Shown here: positions 1-8,696 of the stretch, one piece after another
How the letters are laid out: each line of letters opens with the position of its first letter
Position numbering within the stretch: the first letter of the stretch is position 1
Virus record (IMG/VR): IMGVR_UViG_2541047905_000004
Coordinates: 1-48,006 of that record
DNA: 48,006 nucleotides
Reading direction: 5' to 3' (one strand)
Source of the DNA: a virus
Lineage: Duplodnaviria > Heunggongvirae > Uroviricota > Caudoviricetes
Position numbers and translations under genes: made by a program
Notes under the pieces: generated by a model
Seen by the model: the letters and a program-made list of their open reading frames with translations, nothing else
What the model was told of the DNA's origin: nothing
Database searches by the model: none

Positions 1-478
1 GCGCCGGGTTCCCGGCATGTGTCTGGCGGGGGAAGGCTGCATCGTTCTCTGGTGTATCCGGTGTGCGCCAGAACACACCATCGATGGCCAGCAGGGTCAG
101 GCCGCACCAGTGCGGATGCGGCGTGGCGTTATGCCAGAGCTGCGCTGTTTTCGTGAACACGCGGCGGACAGCCTCACTTCCCAGGCGCTGGCGGGCCTGA
201 ATAACGGCACTGGGGGCAACGAAGGGGCGATTGCCCGGCAGCATGATGTCCAGGCGATTCACAATCTGGTGAAGAGGTTCTTTACGCTCAAGCGCCATGC
301 CAACAATACACCAGACCATCATTTCGAGGGGAAGACGGCGCTTGCGTAGCGTTACAGTACCTGATTCGGCAAGGCAACGAGAGATGAGTTCGGGGTCGAG
401 GTAATCCCCCAGAGAAGTCAGTGGGTTACGCAGAGAATCGTAACGGGATACCAGATCAAGAGCCTGTCCAATGTGCAT
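1..478 (-). CDS. insG: IS4-family transposase, N-terminal part (runs off the window start)
   Basis: Minus-strand ORF with ATG at 476-478 (rc). Translation MHIGQALDLVSRYDSLRNPLTSLGDYLDPELISRCLAESGTVTLRKRRLPLEMMVWCIVGMALERKEPLHQIVNRLD... recognised from memory as the IS4 transposase N-terminus. Track ORF 17..349 (+) is its antisense shadow. Confidence 0.75.
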   Translation of the reverse strand, partial: MHIGQALDLVSRYDSLRNPLTSLGDYLDPELISRCLAESGTVTLRKRRLPLEMMVWCIVGMALERKEPLHQIVNRLDIMLPGNRPFVAPSAVIQARQRLGSEAVRRVFTKTAQLWHNATPHPHWCGLTLLAIDGVFWRTPDTPENDAAFPRQTHAGNPA

Positions 479-511
479 AAAAAAATCCGGAAACAAGTGA
501 GCGTTTCCGGA
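479..511 (-). terminator. Hairpin plus T-run immediately 5' of the IS4 transposase ATG (read-through terminator or RBS-sequestering structure)
   Basis: Minus strand reads ATCCGGAAAC-GCTCACTT-GTTTCCGGAT followed by TTTTTT then ATG. 10-bp perfect stem seen directly; function inferred. Confidence 0.4.
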
Positions 512-741
512 TTCTTACACAGCCACTGGATCGGTCAACTGATCCTTAACTGATCGGCATTACCTCCAATAGAGAGCATTTTTACTGTATGTATAACCAG
601 TGTCAATGTATGAAATCCTGCGACCATACATCTCACTGAAGCCATAATGAAGTAGGCTATTCTTTTTGCTATGTGATCATGTAACTTTTGCGGTTAACCT
701 GTGGCTCATTTTTATTTTAGGCGCAGATATAAAAGCAAAAG

Positions 742-933
742 TTATCGTGAGTTTTTAGTACAGATTTTTTTGGATTTACTAATAGTTCCATCATTGCAAA
801 CGAATTTGCCATCAGAGGTACAGTGAGAAACACCTCCCTTTTTCCCTGAGCAGGGATAATTTCTAGCATAGGTAGCTAGTGGGTTTAATAACAAAGAACA
901 TGACAAAACCACAAAAAATACCTTACCAAGCAT
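742..933 (-). CDS. Small secreted or lipoprotein-like hypothetical protein (63 aa), AT-rich
   Basis: ATG at 933 (rc) preceded by GGGAGG; hydrophobic N-terminus [20 protein letters not shown]; Cys-rich mature part; AT-rich relative to the phage core. Sits where int would be expected downstream of cI. Confidence 0.4.
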   Translation of the reverse strand: MLGKVFFVVLSCSLLLNPLATYARNYPCSGKKGGVSHCTSDGKFVCNDGTISKSKKICTKNSR

Positions 934-948
934 AATTTCCTCCCGGTA

Positions 949-1518
949 CTATTTAACATACTTGACTGTTAAACTTATAATTTTACCAATTATTTCAATG
1001 TCTTCTATCTTACATTCAAAGGCTCTGTTTCCACCCTCGACGAAGATTCTTCCACCGGGTAAACGAGTAATGTCACGGATCGTTATTTCGCCATCAATAC
1101 TTATTACCCATTTACCATCACGTATATCATCAAATTCCTTATCACAAATAAATTCAGAATTATTATCTGTGATTACAAAAAGATTCTTGAATGCCGACGG
1201 TAGAAATTCTCTATCGAAAATATAAAAACCGTCTTCACACAAGGCCCCATCAGATAATACATATTTAGCAACTTCCATAGTATTTGTATTACCTGAAGTT
1301 TGCTTTGAACCATGCCCGGTTGTGAGCCAATTAAGCGAGGTGCCTGTTTCAAGGGCGCACTGGATTACCCATTCTGCTGGGAATGAGTCACGCATGTAGC
1401 GTGTGGCGAGTGTACTTTTAGAGATTCCTAAATGATCGCACAACGCCTGTCGAGTCTTGAATCCATAAGCTTCTACCATGCGCTCTATGGCGCCTCGTCC
1501 GCCTTTCTCCAAATTCAT
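949..1518 (-). CDS. cI: Phage 186-type CI immunity repressor
   Basis: ATG at 1518 (rc) with GGAG upstream (the track ORF starts 6 nt earlier at GTG). N-terminal HTH-like region AYGFKTRQALCDHLGISKSTLATRYMRDSFPAEWVIQCALETGTSLNWLTTG typical of 186-family CI; leftward orientation facing the early operon. Confidence 0.7.
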   Translation of the reverse strand: MNLEKGGRGAIERMVEAYGFKTRQALCDHLGISKSTLATRYMRDSFPAEWVIQCALETGTSLNWLTTGHGSKQTSGNTNTMEVAKYVLSDGALCEDGFYIFDREFLPSAFKNLFVITDNNSEFICDKEFDDIRDGKWVISIDGEITIRDITRLPGGRIFVEGGNRAFECKIEDIEIIGKIISLTVKYVK

Positions 1519-1524
1519 GGTCAC

Positions 1525-1643
1525 TCCAAGTGAACTTTTATCTTGACGATTTCACCGTGCGATCGTATGTTTATGGTGTTCACAAAATACAAACGATCCG
1601 TATTCGTCCTGATTAATCATCATTAAACGAGGAATGTTGCATC
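1525..1643. promoter_or_regulatory. Immunity switch region with rightward lytic promoter candidate; leftward cI promoter and operators expected here
   Basis: -35 TTGACG at 1543-1548, 17-bp spacer, -10 TATGTT at 1566-1571 on the + strand; inverted GTGAAC...GTTCAC around it. A face-to-face pR/pL arrangement is inferred from 186 biology and not resolved here. Confidence 0.45.
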
Positions 1644-1865
1644 ATGAGACCTAACATTTCAATCACTCTTACCACGCCTCATGTGACTATTGAACGCTAT
1701 AGCGAGCTGACAGGGCTATCCATCGATACCATCAATGACATGTTGGCTGATGGACGCCTTATCCGTCACCGTCTGCGCAAAGATAAAAAACGCGAAAAAG
1801 TGATGATCAACATAGCAGCAATGACCGTTGATGCGCTTTCAGAATGCAATCTAAACCTTAATTAG
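1644..1865 (+). CDS. Small DNA-binding regulator at the Apl/Cox position (first gene of the rightward early operon)
   Basis: ATG at 1644; 73 aa, basic; position equivalent to 186 apl / P2 cox. Sequence homology not verifiable by eye. Confidence 0.45.
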   Translation: MRPNISITLTTPHVTIERYSELTGLSIDTINDMLADGRLIRHRLRKDKKREKVMINIAAMTVDALSECNLNLN

Positions 1866-1897
1866 TTCGATTCTGAAATACATCAGAGGCATTGACC

Positions 1898-2407
1898 ATG
1901 TTTGATTACCAAGTTTCCAAACATCCACATTTTGATGAAGCCTGTCGTGCATTTGCACTGCGCCACAATCTGGTGCAACTGGCAGAACGTGCAGGCATGA
2001 ATGTGCAGATTCTGCGGAACAAGCTGAACCCAGCTCAGCCTCATTTATTAACCGCACCAGAAATCTGGCTGCTTACCGATCTGACTGAAGATTCAACGCT
2101 GGTAGATGGTTTTCTGGCACAGATTCATTGTCTGCCATGTGTACCGATTAATGAGGTGGCAAAAGAGAAACTGCCACATTACGTCATGAGTGCAACCGCA
2201 GAGATCGGGCGTGTTGCTGCAGGTGCGGTGTCTGGCGATGTAAAAACCTGTGCCGGTCGTCGTGATGCTATCAGCAGCATTAACTCTGTAACACGACTGA
2301 TGGCGCTGGCGGCTGTTTCATTGCAGGCCCGTTTACAGGCTAATCCTGCGATGGCGAGTGCAGTTGATACCGTGACTGGCCTCGGTGCTTCATTTGGTTT
2401 GCTGTGA
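1898..2407 (+). CDS. cII: Phage regulatory protein CII (186 CII-like)
   Basis: ATG at 1898 with GAGG 8 nt upstream (track ORF starts at TTG 1892); about 169 aa; second gene of the early operon; sequence of the type I recall as 186 CII. Confidence 0.55.
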   Translation: MFDYQVSKHPHFDEACRAFALRHNLVQLAERAGMNVQILRNKLNPAQPHLLTAPEIWLLTDLTEDSTLVDGFLAQIHCLPCVPINEVAKEKLPHYVMSATAEIGRVAAGAVSGDVKTCAGRRDAISSINSVTRLMALAAVSLQARLQANPAMASAVDTVTGLGASFGLL

Positions 2408-2414
2408 GGTGCTT

Positions 2415-2615
2415 ATGCTGACGAAAGAACCATCATTTGCATCGCTGCTGGTTAAACAAAGCCCGGCAATGCATTACGGTCACGGCTGGATCATGGGGGA
2501 GGATGGTAAACGCTGGCATCCGTGCCGTTCACAAGATGAATTGCTGGCAGAACTATCTACGAAAAAACGGGGGAACAAATGGCTATTGAAGGCACTGCGG
2601 CGACTGTTCCATTAA
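2415..2615 (+). CDS. Small early protein, possibly Fil-like
   Basis: ATG at 2415 after GAGG (track ORF starts at GTG 2385); 66 aa with HYGHGWIMGEDGKRWHPCRSQDELL; family assignment from memory only. Confidence 0.35.
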   Translation: MLTKEPSFASLLVKQSPAMHYGHGWIMGEDGKRWHPCRSQDELLAELSTKKRGNKWLLKALRRLFH

Positions 2616-2920
2616 GCCCCGGTGAACGCCTGAATGGACTTAATCACATTGCGGAGTTAAGGGCGAAAGTTTTTGGCCTGAATATTGAGTCAGAGCTTGA
2701 GCGGTTTATTAAAGATATGCGTGATTCACGGGATATTAATAGCGAACAAAATAAACGGGCACTGGCTGCCATATTCTTTATGGCAAAAATTCCAGCTGAA
2801 CGTCATAGCATCAGCATTAATGAGCTGACCACTGACGAAAAGCGGGAGTTGATTAAAGCAATGAATCATTTTCGTGCAGTGGTGAGCTTATTTCCCAGAC
2901 GGCTAACCATGCCGAATTAA
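2579..2920 (+). CDS. Hypothetical early-operon protein (113 aa)
   Basis: ATG at 2579 after GGGGGA; overlaps the previous gene end; same-strand operon context. Confidence 0.4.
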   Translation: MAIEGTAATVPLSPGERLNGLNHIAELRAKVFGLNIESELERFIKDMRDSRDINSEQNKRALAAIFFMAKIPAERHSISINELTTDEKRELIKAMNHFRAVVSLFPRRLTMPN

Positions 2921-2987
2921 CCAACTAATGAAATTAATGGCGTAAACCCGCCGGGCATCCCTTTATCTAAATTCAGGAGAATTGATT

Positions 2988-3221
2988 ATGCGTAATATTG
3001 AAACCCTCTCGACCAAAACCGGACCGGATGACGCAGGGCTTAATATTTTACTGACAGAGGCTCGTCTGGAAGAACGCCGGGCAAGGGCTGAAGCAATGGC
3101 AGCTCGCCTTGATAGCCTGGCGTGTCATATCACATCCCGCCAGCTAACCCACGTCGAAGCGGCAGAACTGCTTCGTGTGACTGCTGAAGCAATCCAGAAC
3201 GAAGCGCAGGAGATCCACTAA
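2988..3221 (+). CDS. Hypothetical early-operon protein (77 aa)
   Basis: ATG at 2988, 8 nt after AGGAGA (track ORF starts at TTG 2982). Confidence 0.4.
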   Translation: MRNIETLSTKTGPDDAGLNILLTEARLEERRARAEAMAARLDSLACHITSRQLTHVEAAELLRVTAEAIQNEAQEIH

Positions 3222-3448
3222 TGGCTGATGCAATGGATCTCGTACAGCAGCGCGTTGAAGAAGAACGCCAACGCCATATCCGTGCTGCCCGTGCCAAAAC
3301 GCCGGGCGTGTCCCGCGTGCTTTGCATTGAGTGTGAAGCGCCAATTCCGCCAGCACGCCGCCGTGCCATTCCGGGTGTGCAGCTTTGCATTACCTGTCAG
3401 GAAATCGCAGAGCTGAAAGGCAAACATTACAACGGAGGTGCTGTATGA
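3221..3448 (+). CDS. TraR/DksA-family C4 zinc-finger protein
   Basis: ATG at 3221 after AGGAG; motif CIECEAPIPPARRRAIPGVQLCITCQ...KHY matches the TraR/DksA C4 zinc finger (CxxC-N17-CxxC). Confidence 0.65.
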   Translation: MADAMDLVQQRVEEERQRHIRAARAKTPGVSRVLCIECEAPIPPARRRAIPGVQLCITCQEIAELKGKHYNGGAV

Positions 3449-4302
3449 GCACCATCCTGAAATGGGCGGGAAATAAAACTGCCATAATGTCCGAACTAAA
3501 AAAACATCTTCCTGCTGGCCCGCGACTGGTTGAACCTTTCGCGGGTTCCTGTGCTGTGATGATGGAGACGGATTATCCCAGCTATCTGGTTGCGGATATT
3601 AATCCTGATTTAATCAACCTCTATAAAAAGGTTGCCGCTGATTGTGAATCGTTTATATCTCGCGCCAGAGTTTTATTTGAGATCGCAAACAGGGAGGTGG
3701 CTTATTACAACATAAGGCAGGAGTTTAATTACTCAACTGAAATTACTGATTTCATGAAAGCGGTATATTTCCTGTATCTCAATCGTCACGGTTACCGTGG
3801 TTTATGTCGCTATAACAAGAGCGGGCATTTCAACATTCCCTACGGTAATTATAAAAATCCGTATTTCCCTGAAAAAGAAATTCGCGCATTTGCAGAAAAG
3901 GCCCAGCGAGCAACGTTTATCTGCGCCAGCTTTGATGAAACGCTGGCGATGTTGAAGGCGGGGGATGTGGTGTATTGCGATCCGCCGTATGACGGTACGT
4001 TTTCCGGCTATCACACTGACGGCTTCACTGAAGATGACCAGTATCACCTGGCATCTGTTCTTGAACATCGGTCATCAGAAGGACATCCGGTCATTGTTTC
4101 TAACAGTGACACATCCCTGATCCGTTCGCTGTATCGCAATTTTACTCACCACTACATCAAGGCAAAACGCAGCATCGGTGTGGCAGCTGGCGAGGGTAAA
4201 TCAGCAACAGAAATCATTGCTGTTTCCGGGCCGCGCTGCTGGGTGGGATTTGATTATTCGCGTGGCGTGGATAGTTCTGCCGTGTACGGAGTACGTGCAT
4301 GA
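3445..4302 (+). CDS. dam: DNA adenine methyltransferase (Dam-like, D12 class N6-MTase)
   Basis: ATG at 3445 after GGAGG (track ORF starts earlier). Motifs KWAGNK, FAGSCAV and DPPY in [11 protein letters not shown]...[10 protein letters not shown]...[11 protein letters not shown]. Overlaps the TraR stop and the A start (ATGA-type couplings). Confidence 0.8.
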   Translation: MSTILKWAGNKTAIMSELKKHLPAGPRLVEPFAGSCAVMMETDYPSYLVADINPDLINLYKKVAADCESFISRARVLFEIANREVAYYNIRQEFNYSTEITDFMKAVYFLYLNRHGYRGLCRYNKSGHFNIPYGNYKNPYFPEKEIRAFAEKAQRATFICASFDETLAMLKAGDVVYCDPPYDGTFSGYHTDGFTEDDQYHLASVLEHRSSEGHPVIVSNSDTSLIRSLYRNFTHHYIKAKRSIGVAAGEGKSATEIIAVSGPRCWVGFDYSRGVDSSAVYGVRA

Positions 4303-6713
4303 GTCATGCCGATATGAACAACTGCTGCGGCTTTAACGAAGCTGCCGCATCGTTCTCATGGAACAGCTCGAAAAAGGCCATTAACCCTTATCTGGACCCG
4401 GTGGAAGTTGCGCCGGTTTCTACGCTTTCAAACCTGATCACTCTGTACGCTGCCGATAACGAGCAGGAACAGCTGCGCCGTGAGGCGCTGAGTGATCAGG
4501 TCTGGGAGCGTTATTTCTTTAATGAATCCCGTGATCCTGTCCAGCGCGAAATGGAACAGGATAAGCTCATTAGTCGGGCAAAGCTGGCGCATGAGCAGCA
4601 GCGTTTTAATCCGGATATGGTCATTCTGGCGGACGTCAACGCCCAGCCTTCCCATATCAGCAAGCCGCTGATGCAACGTATTGAATACTTCAGCAGCCTG
4701 GGCAGGCCAAAGGCTTATTCCCGCTATTTACGTGAGACGATTAAGCCATGTCTGGAACGACTGGAGCATGTACGCGACAGTCAGCTATCTGCATCTTTTC
4801 GCTTTATGGCAAGCCATGAAGGGCTGGACGGCCTGCTGATCCTGCCTGAAATGAGTCAGGATCAGGTGAAACGCCTGTCCACCCTGGTAGCTGCGCATAT
4901 GAGTATGTGCCTTGATGCCGCTTGTGGCGATTTGTATGCTACCGATGACGTTAAGCCAGAAGAAATCCGCAATACATGGGAAAGGGTGGCAGCGGAAACC
5001 CTGCGTCTGGATGTCATCCCGCCTGCGTTTGAGCAACTCCGTCGGAAAAGAAACCGCCGTAAACCCGTGCCCTATGAACTCATTCCGGGTTCGCTGGCGC
5101 GTATGTTGTGCGCCGACTGGTGGTATCGGAAATTATGGAAGATGCGTTGCGAATGGCGGGAAGAGCAGTTGCGTGCTGTCTGCCTTGTCAGCAAAAAAGC
5201 ATCTCCCTATGTCAGCTATGAAGCCGTGTTGCATAAACGTGAGCAGCGCCGTAAGTCGCTGGAGTTTTTCCGTTCTCATGAACTGGTGAACGAAGACGGC
5301 GACACGCTAGACATGGAGGATGTGGTAAACGCCAGCAGCAGCAACCCTGCGCATCGCCGCAATGAGATGATGGCCTGTGTTAAAGGTCTGGAGCTTATCG
5401 CGGAAATGCGCGGTGACTGCGCCGTTTTCTACACCATCACCTGTCCGTCACGTTTCCATTCCACGCTAAATAACGGCAGGCCCAACCCGACCTGGACAAA
5501 TGCGACGGTAAGACAAAGCAGCGATTATCTGGTCGGTATGTTTGCTGCATTTCGTAAGGCGATGCACAAAGCCGGGTTGCGCTGGTATGGCGTGCGGGTG
5601 GCTGAGCCGCATCACGACGGCACAGTTCACTGGCACCTGTTGTGTTTCATGCGCAAAAAAGACCGCCGCGCCATTACAGCATTGTTGCGTAAGTTTGCTA
5701 TCCGTGAAGACCGCGAGGAGCTGGGCAATAACACGGGGCCGCGCTTTAAGTCTGAGCTGATTAACCCGCGCAAAGGAACGCCGACAAGCTACATAGCGAA
5801 ATACATCAGTAAGAACATTGACGGGCGTGGTCTGGCTGGCGAGATCAGCAAGGAAACGGGTAAATCTCTGCGTGATAACGCTGAATACGTGAATGCCTGG
5901 GCGTCTTTGCATCGTGTTCAGCAATTCCGCTTCTTTGGCATTCCGGGGCGTCAGGCTTACCGTGAACTGCGATTGCTGGCTGGTCAGGCGGTAAGGCAAA
6001 AGGGGGACAAAAAAGCAGGTGCGCCGGTACTGGATAACCCGCGCCTTGATGCCATCCTGGCTGCTGCTGATGCTGGTTGTTTTGCCACCTACATCATGAA
6101 GCAGGGCGGCGTACTGGTTCCCCGTAAATATCACCTCATCAGAACCGCTTATGAAATCAACGAAGAGCCGACCGCCTATGGCGATCACGGCATTCGTATT
6201 TATGGCATCTGGTCACCCATTGCAGAGGGCAAGATCTGCACTCATGCAGTGAAGTGGAAAATGGTTCGTAAAGCCGTTGACGTTCAGGAGGCGGCAGCCG
6301 ACCAGGGCGCTTGCGCCCCTTGGACTCGTGGCAATAACTGTCCCCTTGCTGAAAATTTGAACCAACAGGAGAAAGATAAATCAGCTGATGGGGACACTAG
6401 AACGGACATTAACCGCATGGATGACAAGGAGTTGCACGATTACCTGCACAGTATGAGCAAAAAAGAGCGCCGGGAACTGGCAGCAAGGTTACGCCTGGTT
6501 AAACCGAAACGGCGTAAAGACTACAAACAGCGAATTACAGACCATCAGCGACTGCAGCTCGTCTATGAGCTGAAGTCCAGAGGATTTGATGGTAGCGAGA
6601 AAGAGGTCGATTTACTCCTTCGCGGCGGCAGTATTCCGTCAGGAGCAGGCCTGCGTATCTTCTATCGGAACCAGCGTTTGCGGGAAGATGATAAGTGGCG
6701 GGATCTGTATTAA
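4299..6713 (+). CDS. A: P2/186-type replication initiation protein A (rolling-circle HUH endonuclease)
   Basis: 804 aa; HUH-like VHWHLLCF and tyrosine motif YIAKYISK; position after the early regulators as in P2/186. Confidence 0.85.
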   Translation: MSHADMNNCCGFNEAAASFSWNSSKKAINPYLDPVEVAPVSTLSNLITLYAADNEQEQLRREALSDQVWERYFFNESRDPVQREMEQDKLISRAKLAHEQQRFNPDMVILADVNAQPSHISKPLMQRIEYFSSLGRPKAYSRYLRETIKPCLERLEHVRDSQLSASFRFMASHEGLDGLLILPEMSQDQVKRLSTLVAAHMSMCLDAACGDLYATDDVKPEEIRNTWERVAAETLRLDVIPPAFEQLRRKRNRRKPVPYELIPGSLARMLCADWWYRKLWKMRCEWREEQLRAVCLVSKKASPYVSYEAVLHKREQRRKSLEFFRSHELVNEDGDTLDMEDVVNASSSNPAHRRNEMMACVKGLELIAEMRGDCAVFYTITCPSRFHSTLNNGRPNPTWTNATVRQSSDYLVGMFAAFRKAMHKAGLRWYGVRVAEPHHDGTVHWHLLCFMRKKDRRAITALLRKFAIREDREELGNNTGPRFKSELINPRKGTPTSYIAKYISKNIDGRGLAGEISKETGKSLRDNAEYVNAWASLHRVQQFRFFGIPGRQAYRELRLLAGQAVRQKGDKKAGAPVLDNPRLDAILAAADAGCFATYIMKQGGVLVPRKYHLIRTAYEINEEPTAYGDHGIRIYGIWSPIAEGKICTHAVKWKMVRKAVDVQEAAADQGACAPWTRGNNCPLAENLNQQEKDKSADGDTRTDINRMDDKELHDYLHSMSKKERRELAARLRLVKPKRRKDYKQRITDHQRLQLVYELKSRGFDGSEKEVDLLLRGGSIPSGAGLRIFYRNQRLREDDKWRDLY

Positions 6714-6805
6714 TTACGCGGGTTAACAATTCGTGCTCTTAATAATACCAGGCATATCAGGCTGATGAACGTAAAAAAACGTTTTACATCAGTAAGATTA
6801 TTATA

Positions 6806-6825
6806 TACTGTAAATATAAACAGTG
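6806..6825. promoter_or_regulatory. LexA (SOS) box candidate
   Basis: TACTGTAAATATAAACAGTG contains CTG-N10-CAG in an AT-rich spacer, matching the TACTGT(AT)4ACAGTA consensus; 40 bp upstream of the 6866 ORF. Confidence 0.55.
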
Positions 6826-6865
6826 ATTATATATACAGTATTGCTTTGGTGTCATAGGAGGAAAG

Positions 6866-7054
6866 ATGCAGGACTATTTTTTGGAGTCTTTGAAGCTCCA
6901 GCGCATTGATTTTTTTCTTAAGCTTGTAGCGGCTAGTGAGTGTAGTGATGAAGAGAAGGGGCTGGCTCTGCAGTGGGTTTCTGAGTTGACTGATGAACTC
7001 ATGGCAAAAATCAGAACTCACGAATACAACCGCTCAATGGATGTCATCAGTTGA
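6866..7054 (+). CDS. Hypothetical SOS-regulated small protein (62 aa)
   Basis: ATG at 6866 after AGGAGG; first ORF downstream of the LexA box. Confidence 0.4.
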   Translation: MQDYFLESLKLQRIDFFLKLVAASECSDEEKGLALQWVSELTDELMAKIRTHEYNRSMDVIS

Positions 7055-7064
7055 GGTGACTTTT

Positions 7065-7298
7065 ATGCGCATTGAAATAATGATCGATAAAGAGCAGAAG
7101 ATTAGCCAGTCTACCCTGGACGCTCTTGAATCAGAGCTTTACCGCAATCTGCGCCCCCTGTATCCCAAAACGGTAATTCGCATCCGCAAAGGTAGCTCTA
7201 ACGGTGTGGAACTGACCGGACTGCAACTGGACGAAGAAAGAAAACAAGTGATGAAAATTATGCAGAAGGTGTGGGAAGACGACAGCTGGCTGCATTAA
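7065..7298 (+). CDS. DinI-like protein (Tum-type antirepressor candidate)
   Basis: ATG at 7065 after GAGGTGA (track ORF starts earlier); MRIEIMIDKEQ...LDALESELYRNL...KIMQKVWEDDSWLH aligns by eye to E. coli DinI (MRIEV...DALAGEL...ILQETWESADDW). Confidence 0.6.
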   Translation: MRIEIMIDKEQKISQSTLDALESELYRNLRPLYPKTVIRIRKGSSNGVELTGLQLDEERKQVMKIMQKVWEDDSWLH

Positions 7299-7457
7299 GA
7301 AAAGTTGCTGGCGTCTGAACTTGGTTCTGGCGTCAGCAAGGTTGAACAACGAGTACAGTGAGGCGTTAGGTGTGGCGTTTATTTGATGAGTGAACGCCCG
7401 TTCTCCGACAGGTTCGGAGATTAAGGTTGAAACTACGGGCAAAATACCATCTTTTTC

Positions 7458-7883
7458 CTACTTAATTGAGTCCAGTAACAAGTTACAGTTACTCTCATTG
7501 TAGAGAGAACGAGCAATTAGTGTTACCTGCTTTCCATTCATTCCCGGCTTATCCCATAACACAGCTTCTTGCGACGCCACAAATTCAGCATAATCAATTA
7601 TGCGTTGTTCGTGATCTGGTTCCTCATAGCCAAAGTATGAGAGCGCATCGTTGTAAGCGTGGTAAGCTGCTTTCTGTAATATCTTGATATCGGCTGTAGG
7701 TACTTGCCCCGTGTAGCTAGGATCTAATTGTGTGCTACTGCCATAGAATGCACATGAAAGGTAAGATATTGATTTCTGTTGAGCTTTAGTTCCTTTCTCA
7801 TAGTTTTTAGCTGTTACCGCCTGAACTGGGACGCTAACAAAGCTTGCAACCAGAATTAAAATTAATACGTAAAAGCTTTTCAT
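7458..7883 (-). CDS. Secreted hypothetical protein (141 aa), AT-rich moron
   Basis: ATG at 7883 (rc) after GAGG; signal-peptide-like MKSFYVLILILVASFVSVPVQA; AT-rich; opposite strand to neighbours. Confidence 0.5.
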   Translation of the reverse strand: MKSFYVLILILVASFVSVPVQAVTAKNYEKGTKAQQKSISYLSCAFYGSSTQLDPSYTGQVPTADIKILQKAAYHAYNDALSYFGYEEPDHEQRIIDYAEFVASQEAVLWDKPGMNGKQVTLIARSLYNESNCNLLLDSIK

Positions 7884-8155
7884 TTTGACCTCAGCCGAAA
7901 CGTTAGAGAGACTATCGAAATTTGTAAAACCCGTGGCGATTCAGTTTGAGATCCTCCCCCTTACATGATTTTTAATCAAATATATGCTTTTGTAAGCATA
8001 CCTGTTAACCGAATTATTTATTTTTAGAGATCTTCCGACATACTGATTATACCCGCTGAGGAGTTCACCTTGCGTAAAGTCCGATTCGCTTTACTCGTTT
8101 GTGCATGTCTATGCTGCATGAGATTGCATGATCGTTTGAGGATCGTTTTTGCTAA

Positions 8156-8180
8156 GGCCCGCCAGAACTGGCGGGCTTTT
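8156..8180 (+). terminator. Rho-independent terminator-like hairpin with no upstream ORF
   Basis: GGCCCGCCAG-AACT-CTGGCGGGC followed by TTTT on the + strand. Confidence 0.4.
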
Positions 8181-8225
8181 GCGTAGATCATGCACCTGCA
8201 TGAAAACCACTACATAAAGCGGGCA

Positions 8226-8244
8226 GGCGTGGCGGGGATACGAG
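8226..8244. other. Candidate cos (cohesive end) site
   Basis: GGCGTGGCGGGGATACGAG resembles the 19-nt P2-family cos as I remember it (GGCGAGGCGGGGAAAGCAC); location between the replication/tum region and the portal gene is as expected. Confidence 0.3.
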
Positions 8245-8350
8245 CGCGCGGGATGACATAACAGATTGAATTGAAAAATATTGACTAAATGTAAAATGCG
8301 AAGGATATTTAGTCCCTCTATGAAGTTTTAGATATGGAAAATGATAGGTT

Positions 8351-8641
8351 ATGAAAACGATATATAGCTATGATTACCAATACTTGCCTAAAGGGTCCAC
8401 AAGACCAATTGATGACGGAGATATAGTAGGCTGTTCGTCAGAAGAAAATCCTTTTCTTCTACTTCCCAATGTAGGTGATTTTGTCTCTATATGTAATGAC
8501 AATAGTCGGTCTTCGTTTAGTGGTATTGTTAAAACTAGATATTTCACTTATACGAGAATAAGTGAGGAGTGCGTACAATGTTCAATTAATATTGTAGTTG
8601 CAGAATCTGATGTAGATTGGGGTACTCTTATTAAAGAATAA
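8351..8641 (+). CDS. Hypothetical small protein (96 aa), AT-rich, with 4 Cys
   Basis: ATG at 8351; AT-rich; Cys at GCSSEE, ICND and two in ECVQCS could form a small metal-binding fold (inference). Confidence 0.45.
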   Translation: MKTIYSYDYQYLPKGSTRPIDDGDIVGCSSEENPFLLLPNVGDFVSICNDNSRSSFSGIVKTRYFTYTRISEECVQCSINIVVAESDVDWGTLIKE

Positions 8642-8696
8642 TATGGGGCGTCTGCGTAAGTGGGCGCTATTAAAATAAAATGGAATCTTGTAATGT

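Larger units (their letters stand above)
1..562 (-). mobile_element. IS4 element, partial; one terminus inside the window at about 562
   Basis: Transposase N-terminus plus about 85 bp upstream ending in ...CTGATCGGCATTA (rc TAATGCCGATCAG...), which I recall as the IS4 terminal repeat. Exact boundary uncertain by about 10 bp; the rest of the element lies outside the window. Confidence 0.55.

Noticed and set aside
17-349. 110-aa + strand ORF at the window start
   Set aside because: It lies antisense to the IS4 transposase N-terminal coding sequence, has no RBS and no recognisable domain; it is a shadow ORF.
6821-6840. Second LexA box overlapping the first (CAGTGATTATATATACAGTA)
   Set aside because: It lacks the CTG...CAG arrangement on either strand at the correct spacing; only the 6806..6825 site fits the consensus.
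7299-7360. Possible terminator after the DinI-like gene (GCTGGCGTC ... CTGGCGTCAGC)
   Set aside because: The repeated element is direct, not inverted, so no stable stem forms; it is not called as a terminator.
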